Source: a virus (taxonomy: Duplodnaviria; Caudoviricetes). Taken from it: DNA of 64,000 bases. Each line of letters starts with the position of its first letter. The first letter of the stretch is position 1. Of this stretch, positions 1-10,400 are shown in pieces. The stretch spans positions 32,001 to 96,000 of IMG/VR virus record IMGVR_UViG_3300033075_001751; one strand, written 5' to 3'. Under the pieces are notes generated by a model. It worked only from the letters and a program-made list of their open reading frames with translations, was not told the origin of the DNA and made no database searches. The translations under genes were made by a program, and so were the position numbers.

Positions 1-3000
1 GTCGATCCGTTGAAAGGATTGGTTTCCATCACATCATACTCGGGCTCCATGTGAAATCCGACCTGAGTAAAAATGGAACTGAATGTGTTGGCGACAGCTC
101 CCATCCCAAGTACTTGCTTACCAACGTTGTTGGATTCCTGCTTGTACATGTTGTAAGGAATCTCGTAAACCCTTGTTGGAGAAATCGTCTTTCCTCTTTC
201 GTTGTTCACGTTTGCCCGGGAGTCGTATTCTCTCAAGTTTGAAAGTTCATCAGCAACCGGCTTTACGATCGAAGTATCGTTCGGTGCAATGAGTGACACA
301 AAGTTGGAATCAAGTTCAAGAATAGATTTGATGCTCTGAAGAACGCGGTTCTCTGCGGACTTCATTTTATTTCCTTTGGTAACTATTTCAAACCATTCTT
401 CGAAGGTTTCATTGATTCCTTCTTCAGCCAACATTTCGTTCAGTTCCTCTTCAGTCCATTCGCCGAATACGGCTTCCATCAAGTTGTTGATAGGTTCGTT
501 ACCTTTATACCTATCAAGTTTATCTACAATGTTTCCATCTTCATCGCGAGATAAATTGCGTTGAAATTCTTTGTCGTTTACTTTTTTCCAAAGTTCGAAA
601 GCCTTGTCTCTGTCCAGATCTTTTGTAAAAATCACTTCTCCTGTATTTCTAAAGATAGATAAAGAAGGCATCAACGTTGTCATCTTGTCAATGTCAAAGT
701 CGGATCCTGCTTTTGCTACGATCTCAGCTGGCGGAATCAAAATGTTACCGGCAGACTCAGGAAGGAACTCATACACTTCCATGAATTCCATGGAGTTGTG
801 ACCTTGGACCGGAATACGTACACCGACCATGGTAATCAGTTGACGGTTTTTCTCAACCCAGGTAGTATCTTTCAACAACACATTCAATCGTGCAAGAGAA
901 CCTATGATGTTACCTTCATTGTCTTTGTGCTTCAGGAGTTTTTTGAAATCTCCCTGAAGTGCGATCTTGACTTTCATCGCTGAAGTCTTACCGTTGTTAC
1001 CTTGCGGGATATAGAAAGGTAAATCGGAAGTACCGTATCGGGCAAGCTCTTCAGGGGTAGCATTGCGCAACTTACCCTTCATGAACTCTTTGTTCTCATA
1101 GCCGGTATTTGCCACGAGAACCATTGCTTCACCTTTTGCTTTCTGCTTGATGATCCGCCGGGTCACAAGAGACGAAAGAATCTTCTCGACTTTTTCCGCA
1201 GAAGGTGATACATCCGCAGGATACAGAATATTTCCAGATGAATCGGTTGTGAAAAACTCACGCTCATGGTCGGACAAATCCTGATTGCGAAGTTCATCGG
1301 TAACCAGTTTGAGCATTGCTTCCATCGAACCTTTTACCAGCACACCGTCCTTGAACTCCCACCCTGCATCGTTGTACAGTTTCTCTTTGTGAAGACGGGT
1401 AAGCTCGTTGATGTTGTCAAAATACTCTTGTTGTATTTTGTACATCGGTGAAGTATCACGTCGCTTTTGTTCTGTCGCAACCGGGTCAACTTTTCCATCA
1501 GTCATCACAACGATTTTAGACCATGCAAGTTGTCTTTCGTCATCAGATGCTTTTTTCATGAAGTCTGCCGGTACACCAAATTCAGTAAGACCGTTTACAA
1601 TGAGCTTCCTCATTTGGGTGGGGAACGTGACTTTACCTTTAAAGTGTGTGCTCATTGCGAGCTGGTCTTTCAGGTACGGAATGTGAATGACATTTGGTGT
1701 AAACCTGAATCCTTCTTTAGAGAAAGCTGTGTCAAGTGTTGCACGGTCATCGTAGAACTTATCGACAATCCCATCTGAAGTAAGTGTTGCAACTTTCGAA
1801 CCAGACAAGAATAGAGAATAGTCGATTCCCTGTTCGACCATCCGGTTGTGCAAATCTTCGAGAGGGGTTCCTTCGATTACATTAGGGATCAAAGGAGCAA
1901 GTTCAAATTTGTGAAACGCCATTGCTGTAACTCCACCGGTACGGAGCGGTCCCCAGTATTGCATTTTCCGCACAGGGAAGAATTCAGAAAGATCGAATCC
2001 GCTGATGTCTTCTTTGCGCATGATCTTTTGATAAAGCTTTTCTTGCTCGACAGACCAGTCTCCCTGTGAGTCAGCTACCAACCGGTACGCATCAAAAGCC
2101 ATCCAGCCTTGACCGTCACCCTCTTTCATACCACTGTAATCAGCCAGCTTTTTAGTAGCTTTTTCCAGTGACATACCACTACGTACAAGCGCAGCAATGT
2201 AAGTTGGAAGATAACTACTTGTGGTCTTGGTATCTTGGTGCACAGAAGTGTTCAGCGTTTTTCCCCATGCTTGACGATCTGTGATTTTTTGTCCGTCAAA
2301 TTCTTGCGGACCTTTATACCAGGCACTTGACGCATAGGGTCTACCCATTACATCATTTGCATAACGGATGTAATCAGCATCGATACGGAAGAGCTCACCG
2401 GTAGAAGATATACCGGCGTTACGTTTATGGAATCCTTCATCAGCATGGTTGTAAATTGCAATGTCACCATAGAACATGACAGTGGACTCATAGTTGTGGA
2501 TCCATGAGTTTATGACAACTGCTTCGGTCGCCATGTTCATCATTGTATCCAATGACAACTTGCCGGCTTTGGTTTTGTCTACAATAATCTTTTGTACCGA
2601 ATCAGATATGAACGGTGTCCGGTCAAACATCTTTCGGTATTCTCTGGTCTTTGCGGTCCAGTACTTGTTCAAATCCCGGGTGATTGCCGCCAGTACATTT
2701 TTCTGATCTGTAGGAAGATTCATCCCTTCTTTACTTTCCAGCATCAGATATTCTGCAAGATCGAACCCTGGAATAGCAGCAAGACTCATCAGTTTATCGC
2801 GCAACGGTTTCGAAAGAATGTCATCGAACGTATTGAAACGCGCACCGGTTTGCTTATAGGTCTCACCAGTCTTTGCGTTTACAACCAGTTTGGCGGTGAC
2901 ATCATCAGAAGATGCATTCAACATGTACGAGATTCTCCTCATCTCTGAAGTGAGGTATCCCATCATCATTCTATTTGCCATCTTCCTACCCTGTGTCGGT

Positions 3001-6000
3001 ACAGATGGATCGACCGAGTGAAAGTTACTGACTCCGATGTAGGTTGTACCGTCACTGAAAGAATTGTAGTTACCGTTGGTATTGTACTCCAACCCATTCA
3101 TATAAGATGGACCGTAGAGATAGGTACTACCTTTATCGGCATGACGAGTACCTTCTGTAAAGCCGTTGTGCAGAATGGTGTGCAAATCCATGAGGATCTT
3201 GGTTGCACTGTCTGCTGTTGCGCTGGAAACACCGTGGGAATCTTCTCCTTCAATTGATCGGGCTCCCGAGAGATTCTTAAGATTAAGAATTACCGGGTTT
3301 CTTTCACTGTCAAGTTTCCGGTTTCCTTCCTCATCGAACATCATGTTGAACCAGGCTGACTCTTTTACAAAAAAATTGTAGCGAGGATCAAGGTATTCCA
3401 TGTGAGGCATTGCAATCAATTCCGCAACAGTGTTTGCGCGGTTGAGTGAATCCACCATCATTGAGAGTGTGGAATGAAGAGATGTCTCATACTGAGAGTT
3501 ACCTGTTGCATTTTGTGACGCGAAAGACCATGGTGTATTACCATGCTTCAGTTCTATCTCAAGCAACCAGTTAAGATTCTTACCTTCATTTGCAAAAACT
3601 GATTTTGCTTTGTTGCCGCTTGAAATCTCCGAGTGTTCTGTTGCCAGTACTGTAATCTTACCAAACTTGTCGGTTACTCTTTGCTCCAAAGGTTTGGTCA
3701 TTTCACTGAGCTTTGCAGTGATTTGTTTACGCAACAAAATTCCTTCCGGTGAACCAAGCTCCTTGATGACTCCTTCGCTGCTGGAAAAATTCAAACCCAG
3801 TTGGGACCAGAACCAAAAATGATTGTCCGGAAGACGTGCTGCTTCTTGCAAAAATGAAGGGATATCCAGGAACCTGCCTTTTTCAGATTCCTTGATGTGA
3901 GGATACATGTAAGGATTGGAAATAGATTGAAAATAGGAATTCCAATCCCGGCGCAATTTTGGTGTTGAACCTTGTGCGTTACCAAAGCGAGTACTGTGTA
4001 TTGTAGCTGCAGTATCCCAGGTACCATCAGGGTTTTGCTTTTTGTTTCCCCGGGTTGTTTCCATGATCAACTCGTTCAGCGGGATCCAAGCTTTATTGAA
4101 TGTCTGCCAGAACCGGGTTTGCATTTTGGTACTGTTGGTAGGATCACCCAACTTGTCAATGATTTGAGACAGGAAAGGATTTTCTCCTCTCAAGTTTTCC
4201 ATGATTTCAATCATCTCCCGGGGACTGTTCACGTTGAGAAGATTCTTTTGAAGAACTGCCCATACTGTTTCACGCTTCATTAGTTTGCGGAAACCGAGAC
4301 GATTGAGTACAGGTTTCCCTTCGCGGTCTACTTCAATGATCGAACCGACCATTTCAAGCACACCTTCTTTGGCAAGTTCTTGCATAGAACTTTCATTGCC
4401 GGCTCGATCAAATCCTTCGCGTGCAGTTACAGCTGCATCCTGACGATCGGATTCTTCCATCTCTTCCAAGATAGCTTTCCGGTCTGCAAAGCGTGATCTG
4501 ACGATATGGTACGAAGCAACTCCTTTCTTTCCGAGCCCGTTGAGATCTCCGAAGTTTTCTATCGTAGCATTGATCAACTCAAAATCCCGAGTGCGTAAAT
4601 TGAATTCATGACGAACCTGCTCGTCTTCTTTTTCATGAAGCTTTTCAGCAAGAGCGTTTACTTCTTGAGCGATTCGCAGACGTTGTGGGACCAGGCGTTC
4701 TTCTAAGATCCATTCGTATGCCAATTGTCGGATAGCAGGATTGCGCAGAACTACGTGTACGTTCATGTACCGGGTAGGGTACTTCATCGAAGGAGTATCT
4801 ATTTCTTCCCATTGGGAAGGATCCTCTATCAATCCACTTTCAACAGCGTTATAGAACTCAGTGTATTCAGCTATGAGTCCATCGATTGTTTCGACAATAA
4901 GCTTGGAATCTTGGGCACCCATTTCAGAGTGTCCTTCACCTGGCTCAATGAGGTCGATACCCTTTTCAAACACACCGTTAAATTGGGTTTCCTCATAAGA
5001 AGCAACCTTGAATTTTCCACTGTGGAGTTTTTGGTACATCTCGCGTACCATTGGGACTTCACCGACAAGTCCTTCCGCAACAGTGGCATCTGAGAAAAGA
5101 GCTTTAAGAATAGCCCAGATTTTTTGAAAAAACGTTTTGACAGGAGACAGCTCAGGTTCTTTCGCACCGCCGGTAAGAACATATTGGCGAAATCCTTCTG
5201 CCAACCATTCTTCAATTTCCAGATCATCTGCAACCCGGAAAGAGCGAGTCTTACCTTTATGAGTTTTGAATGTTCCGGATTGTTTCCGGACCGCATCGTA
5301 GAGTTTCTTCTTTTTGTTTCCAAGCACAAGCGTGGAAAATCCGTGCCAGGCTTCGTGGTAAATGTCTGTGCGGTCAGACCCTCTCCAAAGCACAATACCG
5401 TTGCGTGAGAATGTTGCAACTGCATTTGGATTGTCGGTACTTACCAGATCGTAAGCTTCTTCCAATGTGATTACTTTGGAAAGAGGACTTGCGTCAAACC
5501 ATCTTTTTGCTTCGTCTTGCTGTTCTTTTGATGAGAAATCGTTCAAGACTTTTTGAGCGCGTCCTTTTTCAAAAACTTGTTTTGTGCCGGCGGTGTACTT
5601 TTTTGCTTGTCCTTCAGTTTTTCCTTTTTCTTTATTCTCTTTCTTTTTTTCTTCTGACTTTGGTGTTTCGAATTTGAAAGAGAGATATGGATTCAACTGG
5701 ACAAATTTTCCTTCAGCATTTGTCTTGAGGTTTACAAACGAAACGGATTTGATCCATTCATTGTAACTGGTCTGCTTACCGGTTACAAGATCTCCTTCTG
5801 CATCAAAATGAAAAGGAGTGTATTTTCCATTTGCTTCCCGGGACTTCAGGTTGTATTGGACCTGGCGGACCCTTGTAAAAGTTTCTGTTTTGTTCCGCGT
5901 GCGTATCAAATCTCCTTGCTTTGCATTGTTTTCCCAGTCTTCAGTAGAATCCCAAATTCTAGCGGAACTTTCTCCGTTTGAAATTGCCTTTGCAAGTTTT

Positions 6001-7475
6001 CGAGCATTTGATTGAGACTCTTTGCTTCCTTCGACACGTTTTGAAAAGGCAGCTTTCAGCAGTACGTCCAAGCCGGCTGTGTCGTAAGGATAAGATGTAG
6101 TACCAATAACAACCGCATCCAAAGTAATATTCACTTTGGACATGGACTTGGGACCGAGCAAAACAATACTTTCAATCAGATCTTTCTTCTGTTTGATTGT
6201 GATTGGAATTTTACCCTTGTAGAGAATGAGCTTTACAACCCTGTCAATGTCTTCTTCGGACAGCGCATTCATCCAAAGCTTTTGTGACTGGGTTACTCCA
6301 GGGATGATGACAGACAGATCCATGACATCTCCAATTACACCAGCTTCAACTGTAATCTCACCAATCTGTACTTCTGACAGCTGTTGATTTTTGAATGTCG
6401 GTTCAATGAATCCTTCGGAACCACTTGTGATTTGAGCAGATACAGAATTGTTCGCCCGATCTTGATTGACATGCGCAACAGCATTTTCAACCATATCCGT
6501 CTGAGCTTCGATCAAAGCTCCGTACCTGTTTATCTTTACTTCCCGATCGATCGTATTGTCAGGATCATTGTCAGCAAGCTCATACGCGTTTTGCGCATTG
6601 TTCATTTTCGTAGAGCCTTCCCTTGCATACGGATCAAACCTTTCACCGGCAGCATTGCGAGTTTTGCGCATGGGAAAGTACAGCAAGCGTCCATCTGCTG
6701 AAACGTTACCGTCTTCATCAAACCTTACAATGTTACCTGCACGGTCTGTAATGACCATGACAACATCAGATTCCTCGTATGCTTTGTTTGCATCGGGATC
6801 TTGTATTTTGTCCCGGTCTGCTGAAGTGAGATCGTTTACATCAACTCTGTTGAAAGCAATTGCATTGAGTTTGAGTGGTCCGCCCAATCCCGGATACACC
6901 CAGTCATCGTTCTCTTTGCCGTTGGTAAGAGCAACAACCTTTTGAATCACTTTTGTGTGCAGTACCTTTTCAGGATCGGGAACATTCAGACTAGCTGGTA
7001 TCTCTTTTGTATCGATTGCTGTCTGACCGGTGGTACTCATGAAGTCTGCCGGTCTTGCAGTTGTCACTCGTCTTACCGCAAAAGGAGAAGGAGTTTCTTG
7101 TTGCGGCTGCGCTGCTTCCTCGATGTTTGGTTTTTCTTCTACAACTGGTTCTTCTACTTTGAAGAAGTCTTCTACTGCTTTGAGTCCTGCAACAGGATCC
7201 ATAAAAGAATCTTCAAGCGAGTAAATCTCATCAGAAGCTTTGGCGATTTCACGTTTTGCTTCTACAAAACCTGTAGCTTTTCCAATCTGAGCAGGAACCA
7301 TTGCTACTTGAGTATACACCCAGGCTTTGTCATCACTCACTTTGGAAAACAGCTCTTTCATCTTTTCCATGAAAGCCTTGACATCAAAAGCTTCACCTTT
7401 GGGATGAGCTTTGAGACGCTTATACACAATCTGGAATACCCGGCGTTCAGAAGAACTATCTATTGGACACTGCAT
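1..7475 (-). CDS. Virion-packaged DNA-dependent RNA polymerase (crAss-like, phi14:2 gp66-type) with N-terminal-region zincin domain; truncated by the window edge, >2490 aa
   Basis: Not in the ORF track, consistent with no stop before the edge. ATG at 7475 gives MQCPIDSSSERRVFQ. In the same frame I read YHEAWHGF (5340-5360), EEWLAEGFR (~5187-5213), GVRIPVQGHNSME (~790-825) and catalytic AGSDFDIDKM (681-710). Confidence 0.92.
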   Translation of the reverse strand, partial: MQCPIDSSSERRVFQIVYKRLKAHPKGEAFDVKAFMEKMKELFSKVSDDKAWVYTQVAMVPAQIGKATGFVEAKREIAKASDEIYSLEDSFMDPVAGLKAVEDFFKVEEPVVEEKPNIEEAAQPQQETPSPFAVRRVTTARPADFMSTTGQTAIDTKEIPASLNVPDPEKVLHTKVIQKVVALTNGKENDDWVYPGLGGPLKLNAIAFNRVDVNDLTSADRDKIQDPDANKAYEESDVVMVITDRAGNIVRFDEDGNVSADGRLLYFPMRKTRNAAGERFDPYAREGSTKMNNAQNAYELADNDPDNTIDREVKINRYGALIEAQTDMVENAVAHVNQDRANNSVSAQITSGSEGFIEPTFKNQQLSEVQIGEITVEAGVIGDVMDLSVIIPGVTQSQKLWMNALSEEDIDRVVKLILYKGKIPITIKQKKDLIESIVLLGPKSMSKVNITLDAVVIGTTSYPYDTAGLDVLLKAAFSKRVEGSKESQSNARKLAKAISNGESSARIWDSTEDWENNAKQGDLIRTRNKTETFTRVRQVQYNLKSREANGKYTPFHFDAEGDLVTGKQTSYNEWIKSVSFVNLKTNAEGKFVQLNPYLSFKFETPKSEEKKKENKEKGKTEGQAKKYTAGTKQVFEKGRAQKVLNDFSSKEQQDEAKRWFDASPLSKVITLEEAYDLVSTDNPNAVATFSRNGIVLWRGSDRTDIYHEAWHGFSTLVLGNKKKKLYDAVRKQSGTFKTHKGKTRSFRVADDLEIEEWLAEGFRQYVLTGGAKEPELSPVKTFFQKIWAILKALFSDATVAEGLVGEVPMVREMYQKLHSGKFKVASYEETQFNGVFEKGIDLIEPGEGHSEMGAQDSKLIVETIDGLIAEYTEFYNAVESGLIEDPSQWEEIDTPSMKYPTRYMNVHVVLRNPAIRQLAYEWILEERLVPQRLRIAQEVNALAEKLHEKEDEQVRHEFNLRTRDFELINATIENFGDLNGLGKKGVASYHIVRSRFADRKAILEEMEESDRQDAAVTAREGFDRAGNESSMQELAKEGVLEMVGSIIEVDREGKPVLNRLGFRKLMKRETVWAVLQKNLLNVNSPREMIEIMENLRGENPFLSQIIDKLGDPTNSTKMQTRFWQTFNKAWIPLNELIMETTRGNKKQNPDGTWDTAATIHSTRFGNAQGSTPKLRRDWNSYFQSISNPYMYPHIKESEKGRFLDIPSFLQEAARLPDNHFWFWSQLGLNFSSSEGVIKELGSPEGILLRKQITAKLSEMTKPLEQRVTDKFGKITVLATEHSEISSGNKAKSVFANEGKNLNWLLEIELKHGNTPWSFASQNATGNSQYETSLHSTLSMMVDSLNRANTVAELIAMPHMEYLDPRYNFFVKESAWFNMMFDEEGNRKLDSERNPVILNLKNLSGARSIEGEDSHGVSSATADSATKILMDLHTILHNGFTEGTRHADKGSTYLYGPSYMNGLEYNTNGNYNSFSDGTTYIGVSNFHSVDPSVPTQGRKMANRMMMGYLTSEMRRISYMLNASSDDVTAKLVVNAKTGETYKQTGARFNTFDDILSKPLRDKLMSLAAIPGFDLAEYLMLESKEGMNLPTDQKNVLAAITRDLNKYWTAKTREYRKMFDRTPFISDSVQKIIVDKTKAGKLSLDTMMNMATEAVVINSWIHNYESTVMFYGDIAIYNHADEGFHKRNAGISSTGELFRIDADYIRYANDVMGRPYASSAWYKGPQEFDGQKITDRQAWGKTLNTSVHQDTKTTSSYLPTYIAALVRSGMSLEKATKKLADYSGMKEGDGQGWMAFDAYRLVADSQGDWSVEQEKLYQKIMRKEDISGFDLSEFFPVRKMQYWGPLRTGGVTAMAFHKFELAPLIPNVIEGTPLEDLHNRMVEQGIDYSLFLSGSKVATLTSDGIVDKFYDDRATLDTAFSKEGFRFTPNVIHIPYLKDQLAMSTHFKGKVTFPTQMRKLIVNGLTEFGVPADFMKKASDDERQLAWSKIVVMTDGKVDPVATEQKRRDTSPMYKIQQEYFDNINELTRLHKEKLYNDAGWEFKDGVLVKGSMEAMLKLVTDELRNQDLSDHEREFFTTDSSGNILYPADVSPSAEKVEKILSSLVTRRIIKQKAKGEAMVLVANTGYENKEFMKGKLRNATPEELARYGTSDLPFYIPQGNNGKTSAMKVKIALQGDFKKLLKHKDNEGNIIGSLARLNVLLKDTTWVEKNRQLITMVGVRIPVQGHNSMEFMEVYEFLPESAGNILIPPAEIVAKAGSDFDIDKMTTLMPSLSIFRNTGEVIFTKDLDRDKAFELWKKVNDKEFQRNLSRDEDGNIVDKLDRYKGNEPINNLMEAVFGEWTEEELNEMLAEEGINETFEEWFEIVTKGNKMKSAENRVLQSIKSILELDSNFVSLIAPNDTSIVKPVADELSNLREYDSRANVNNERGKTISPTRVYEIPYNMYKQESNNVGKQVLGMGAVANTFSSIFTQVGFHMEPEYDVMETNPFNGS

Positions 7476-7476
7476 A

Positions 7477-10400
7477 TCAACAAGTTTTTTCGTCTTTCAT
7501 TTTTTGCAAAAGCTCATCTTCGGAAAGCTCGTCTGCTTCTTTGATAAGTTCGTCTATGTTATCTGCGGCAACTTGAGCTTGATACCCTTTGTTCGCAAGT
7601 GATTGGTCTTGAGGTGTTACTACCTCTTCCGAAACTGGTGTCAGTTCTTTTTCTTTCTGTTCAATCATTTCACTTATTTCGATAGATGAGACACCGCCAG
7701 TCGCTTCTGCGTCTCCTGTCGAGAACGCTTCCATAGCTTCCTGCTTTACTTCTGCAAGTTCGTCAAGTGAACCTGCATTTGCAACTTGTTCAGCGATAGA
7801 GTTTTCTCCAAGAGGAGAAAGCGTACTGCGCCGGTTAGCTTCCGCATTGAGAATAGCTTCCAAAGATACACCCGTAGTTTGCTTTACAGTCTTTTCAATC
7901 TCTTTGAGTTGATCGCGCAATGAGATTTTTCTGCTGTTGAGATCTCCGTAAAAAGTAGTATCGCTTTTACTGTTTACAGATCCTACGCCGGCAGGATAAG
8001 ACAAAATGAAATCTGCAATGGCATCTTCAATTTCACGTTCACTATTTCCTATACCTTCGTTGAGAAGACTGGCTGCTACACTGGATAAAGTGTCATTATC
8101 TTCATCGGCATTTTTGAAATACCGGTTCATCTGAGAAGTCACTTTGCTTTTACCAACATGACCTTCAAGACTTTTCTTGGATACTGTGATGCCGCCATCG
8201 GATACGATTTGAGCATGCACCGGATCAAGTAAGGTCAAGTCATCCAATTCTGCAAGTTCTTGTGTAATGCGAGCATGATCTTGAATAAGAATGTAAATAT
8301 CCCGAGGAGCTTCTTGTTCTTCTCCAGAAAAAGCTCCTTCGAATGGTTCTTCGATTTGAGTCTGAGGTTGGACCGGGGCAGTTTTCTTTTCTACAGGTTG
8401 ATTCGAGCGAACATCAGAAATAGCCTTTCTAATGAAAGCTTCCATTGCCGGTGTGAAATTCAATCTTGGAGCAAACGGACCTTGTGTTTTTGCTGCTTCT
8501 TTCCACCAGGTAATCAAAGCATCCGCATCGTCCGGTGACAGTTCTCCAGAAAGAATCTCAGCCTGTATTTTTACGCTTGTCTCTTTCGGGTCCAGCCCAT
8601 AGTTTTCAAACCTGCGGTACAGCTTTTCTCCAAGAGGAGCTCTTGCTTTGGCTTCTTCTATTTCTCTTGCCTGTTCTGCAAGACCATCCATGAAAGGATC
8701 ACTTGTAGGAATTTCAGCTACAGGTTCAACCGGTAATGGTTGTTCTTCGATTTGAGGTTCAGCTGCTTCTAATACTTTTGGATTGATTACTCGTCCTTCA
8801 ACATCATCTTTTGCAGTGAGACCAATCAGTTCAAGTCTTCCGTCGTCTTTGTTTTTGAGGATGTATGCTTCTTGAGTAGACATGTCTCCGGGTTCATACG
8901 ATACCTTGATCGGAATAATCGCAAGTTCTTGAGCAACTAGACCATGTGTATTTGCAAGCAGGATGCGGTAAAGAGAAAGCTGATCAGTGTGTTTTTCTCG
9001 GTTCGATCTCTTTCCATCAAAACGATAATCGTAGTAAGAAGCATCCGACGTTCCGACAGCTTGGGCTTCAAGTTGGTTTTTACGCATGGATTTCATGTCG
9101 TAAATACGAACCACACCCATGTTGTCTACGGTCATGATGTCAACAGTACCGGCAAGTTTAAGCTGATCGTTGTACAAAACGATACCGGATGACATAACCT
9201 GCTCGTTCCTTGACTCAAAGAATTTCTTCAGTTCTTGAAGATCTTTGATGAAAGAATTGAACGTTGCTTCAGACGTATCATTACCCTGATCATCTTTGGA
9301 TTGAATCTTGGGAGAGACAACAAAGTATTCTCCCAAACTCAAGTCCATGAGAATAGTACCGCTTGGTCCCTTTGCGGATATCCTATTAGGGGTATTACCC
9401 TTACCTTTGATAAAAGCGTTTACTATGAATTTGTCTCCTCTTCCATTTACAATCTCGGTACCTTCTTTGAGATTTTTTTGATTCTCGGCGGTTACTGGAA
9501 TCCGGTGTCTGTAGTTAGACCAGACCATGGGTTTACCGTCGAAGAAGTCCCTTGTGATTTCGTCAATTGAGTTTCCGATTGTACTTGCAGATGGTCCCCA
9601 TTCCTCACCAATACCTTTTCCATCAGATCCGACAGAAGTTACCCGGTCATACAGTTGACCTGTTCTTTGATTTACATACTTGCTAGTAGCCCATTTTTTG
9701 AAATGCTCATCGGTATGTTCAAGAATTTTATTTGTGATCAAATACTGAAGATAGTCATCTAACGCAGCTGCAAGAAGTTCATCTTCGCCAAGTTGTTCAA
9801 AAGTGAATGTACTTGAAAGAAGTGTAATAAACGAAGCATTCTCTTTTACTTCATTGATGACTTGTTGGACCGATCGATTGACAGGAACCGCAGGTACAGG
9901 AGTTGGTGTAGGTTTGGAATCTAATGCAGCAATTTCAGCATCATACTTATCATTGATTTCTTTTTCTAAAGCCTCATATTTCAATGCGTTATCAAACTGT
10001 TCTTTTGTAACGTGAGACAATCTTTCGTCTTCCCTAAGTTCTTTTATCAAGTCTTTATTACCTTGAGCATAAGCAACTGTTGTTCCATCGCGACGTATAA
10101 ACTCAGCTGTATAGACTGTATAATTATCCCCTTCAAAAGAACCCTTTACTATATAGTAAGGTACTTTTTCGTTTAGTTCTTTATACCTTCTTTCTTGAAT
10201 TGCTTCTATTTTAGCATCTTTTTCAGAAACAACTGTAGCTGGCTTCTCTTCTTGAACAACAGGTGGTTGACCAATGTGATAATCAGTTTCATCCAGCAAT
10301 GAGATCGGCGAGAGTGATCCCATCTTGTCATTGGGATCCACCGGTATAGCCCTGACGTATCCTCCTGTAAGATTACCCGCTTTATCCCGGACAGGTTTTA

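Noticed and set aside
51-7602. Many short plus-strand ORFs suggesting a fragmented or gene-poor region
   Set aside because: They are shadows of the single minus-strand RNAP gene, which the track omits because it has no stop inside the window.
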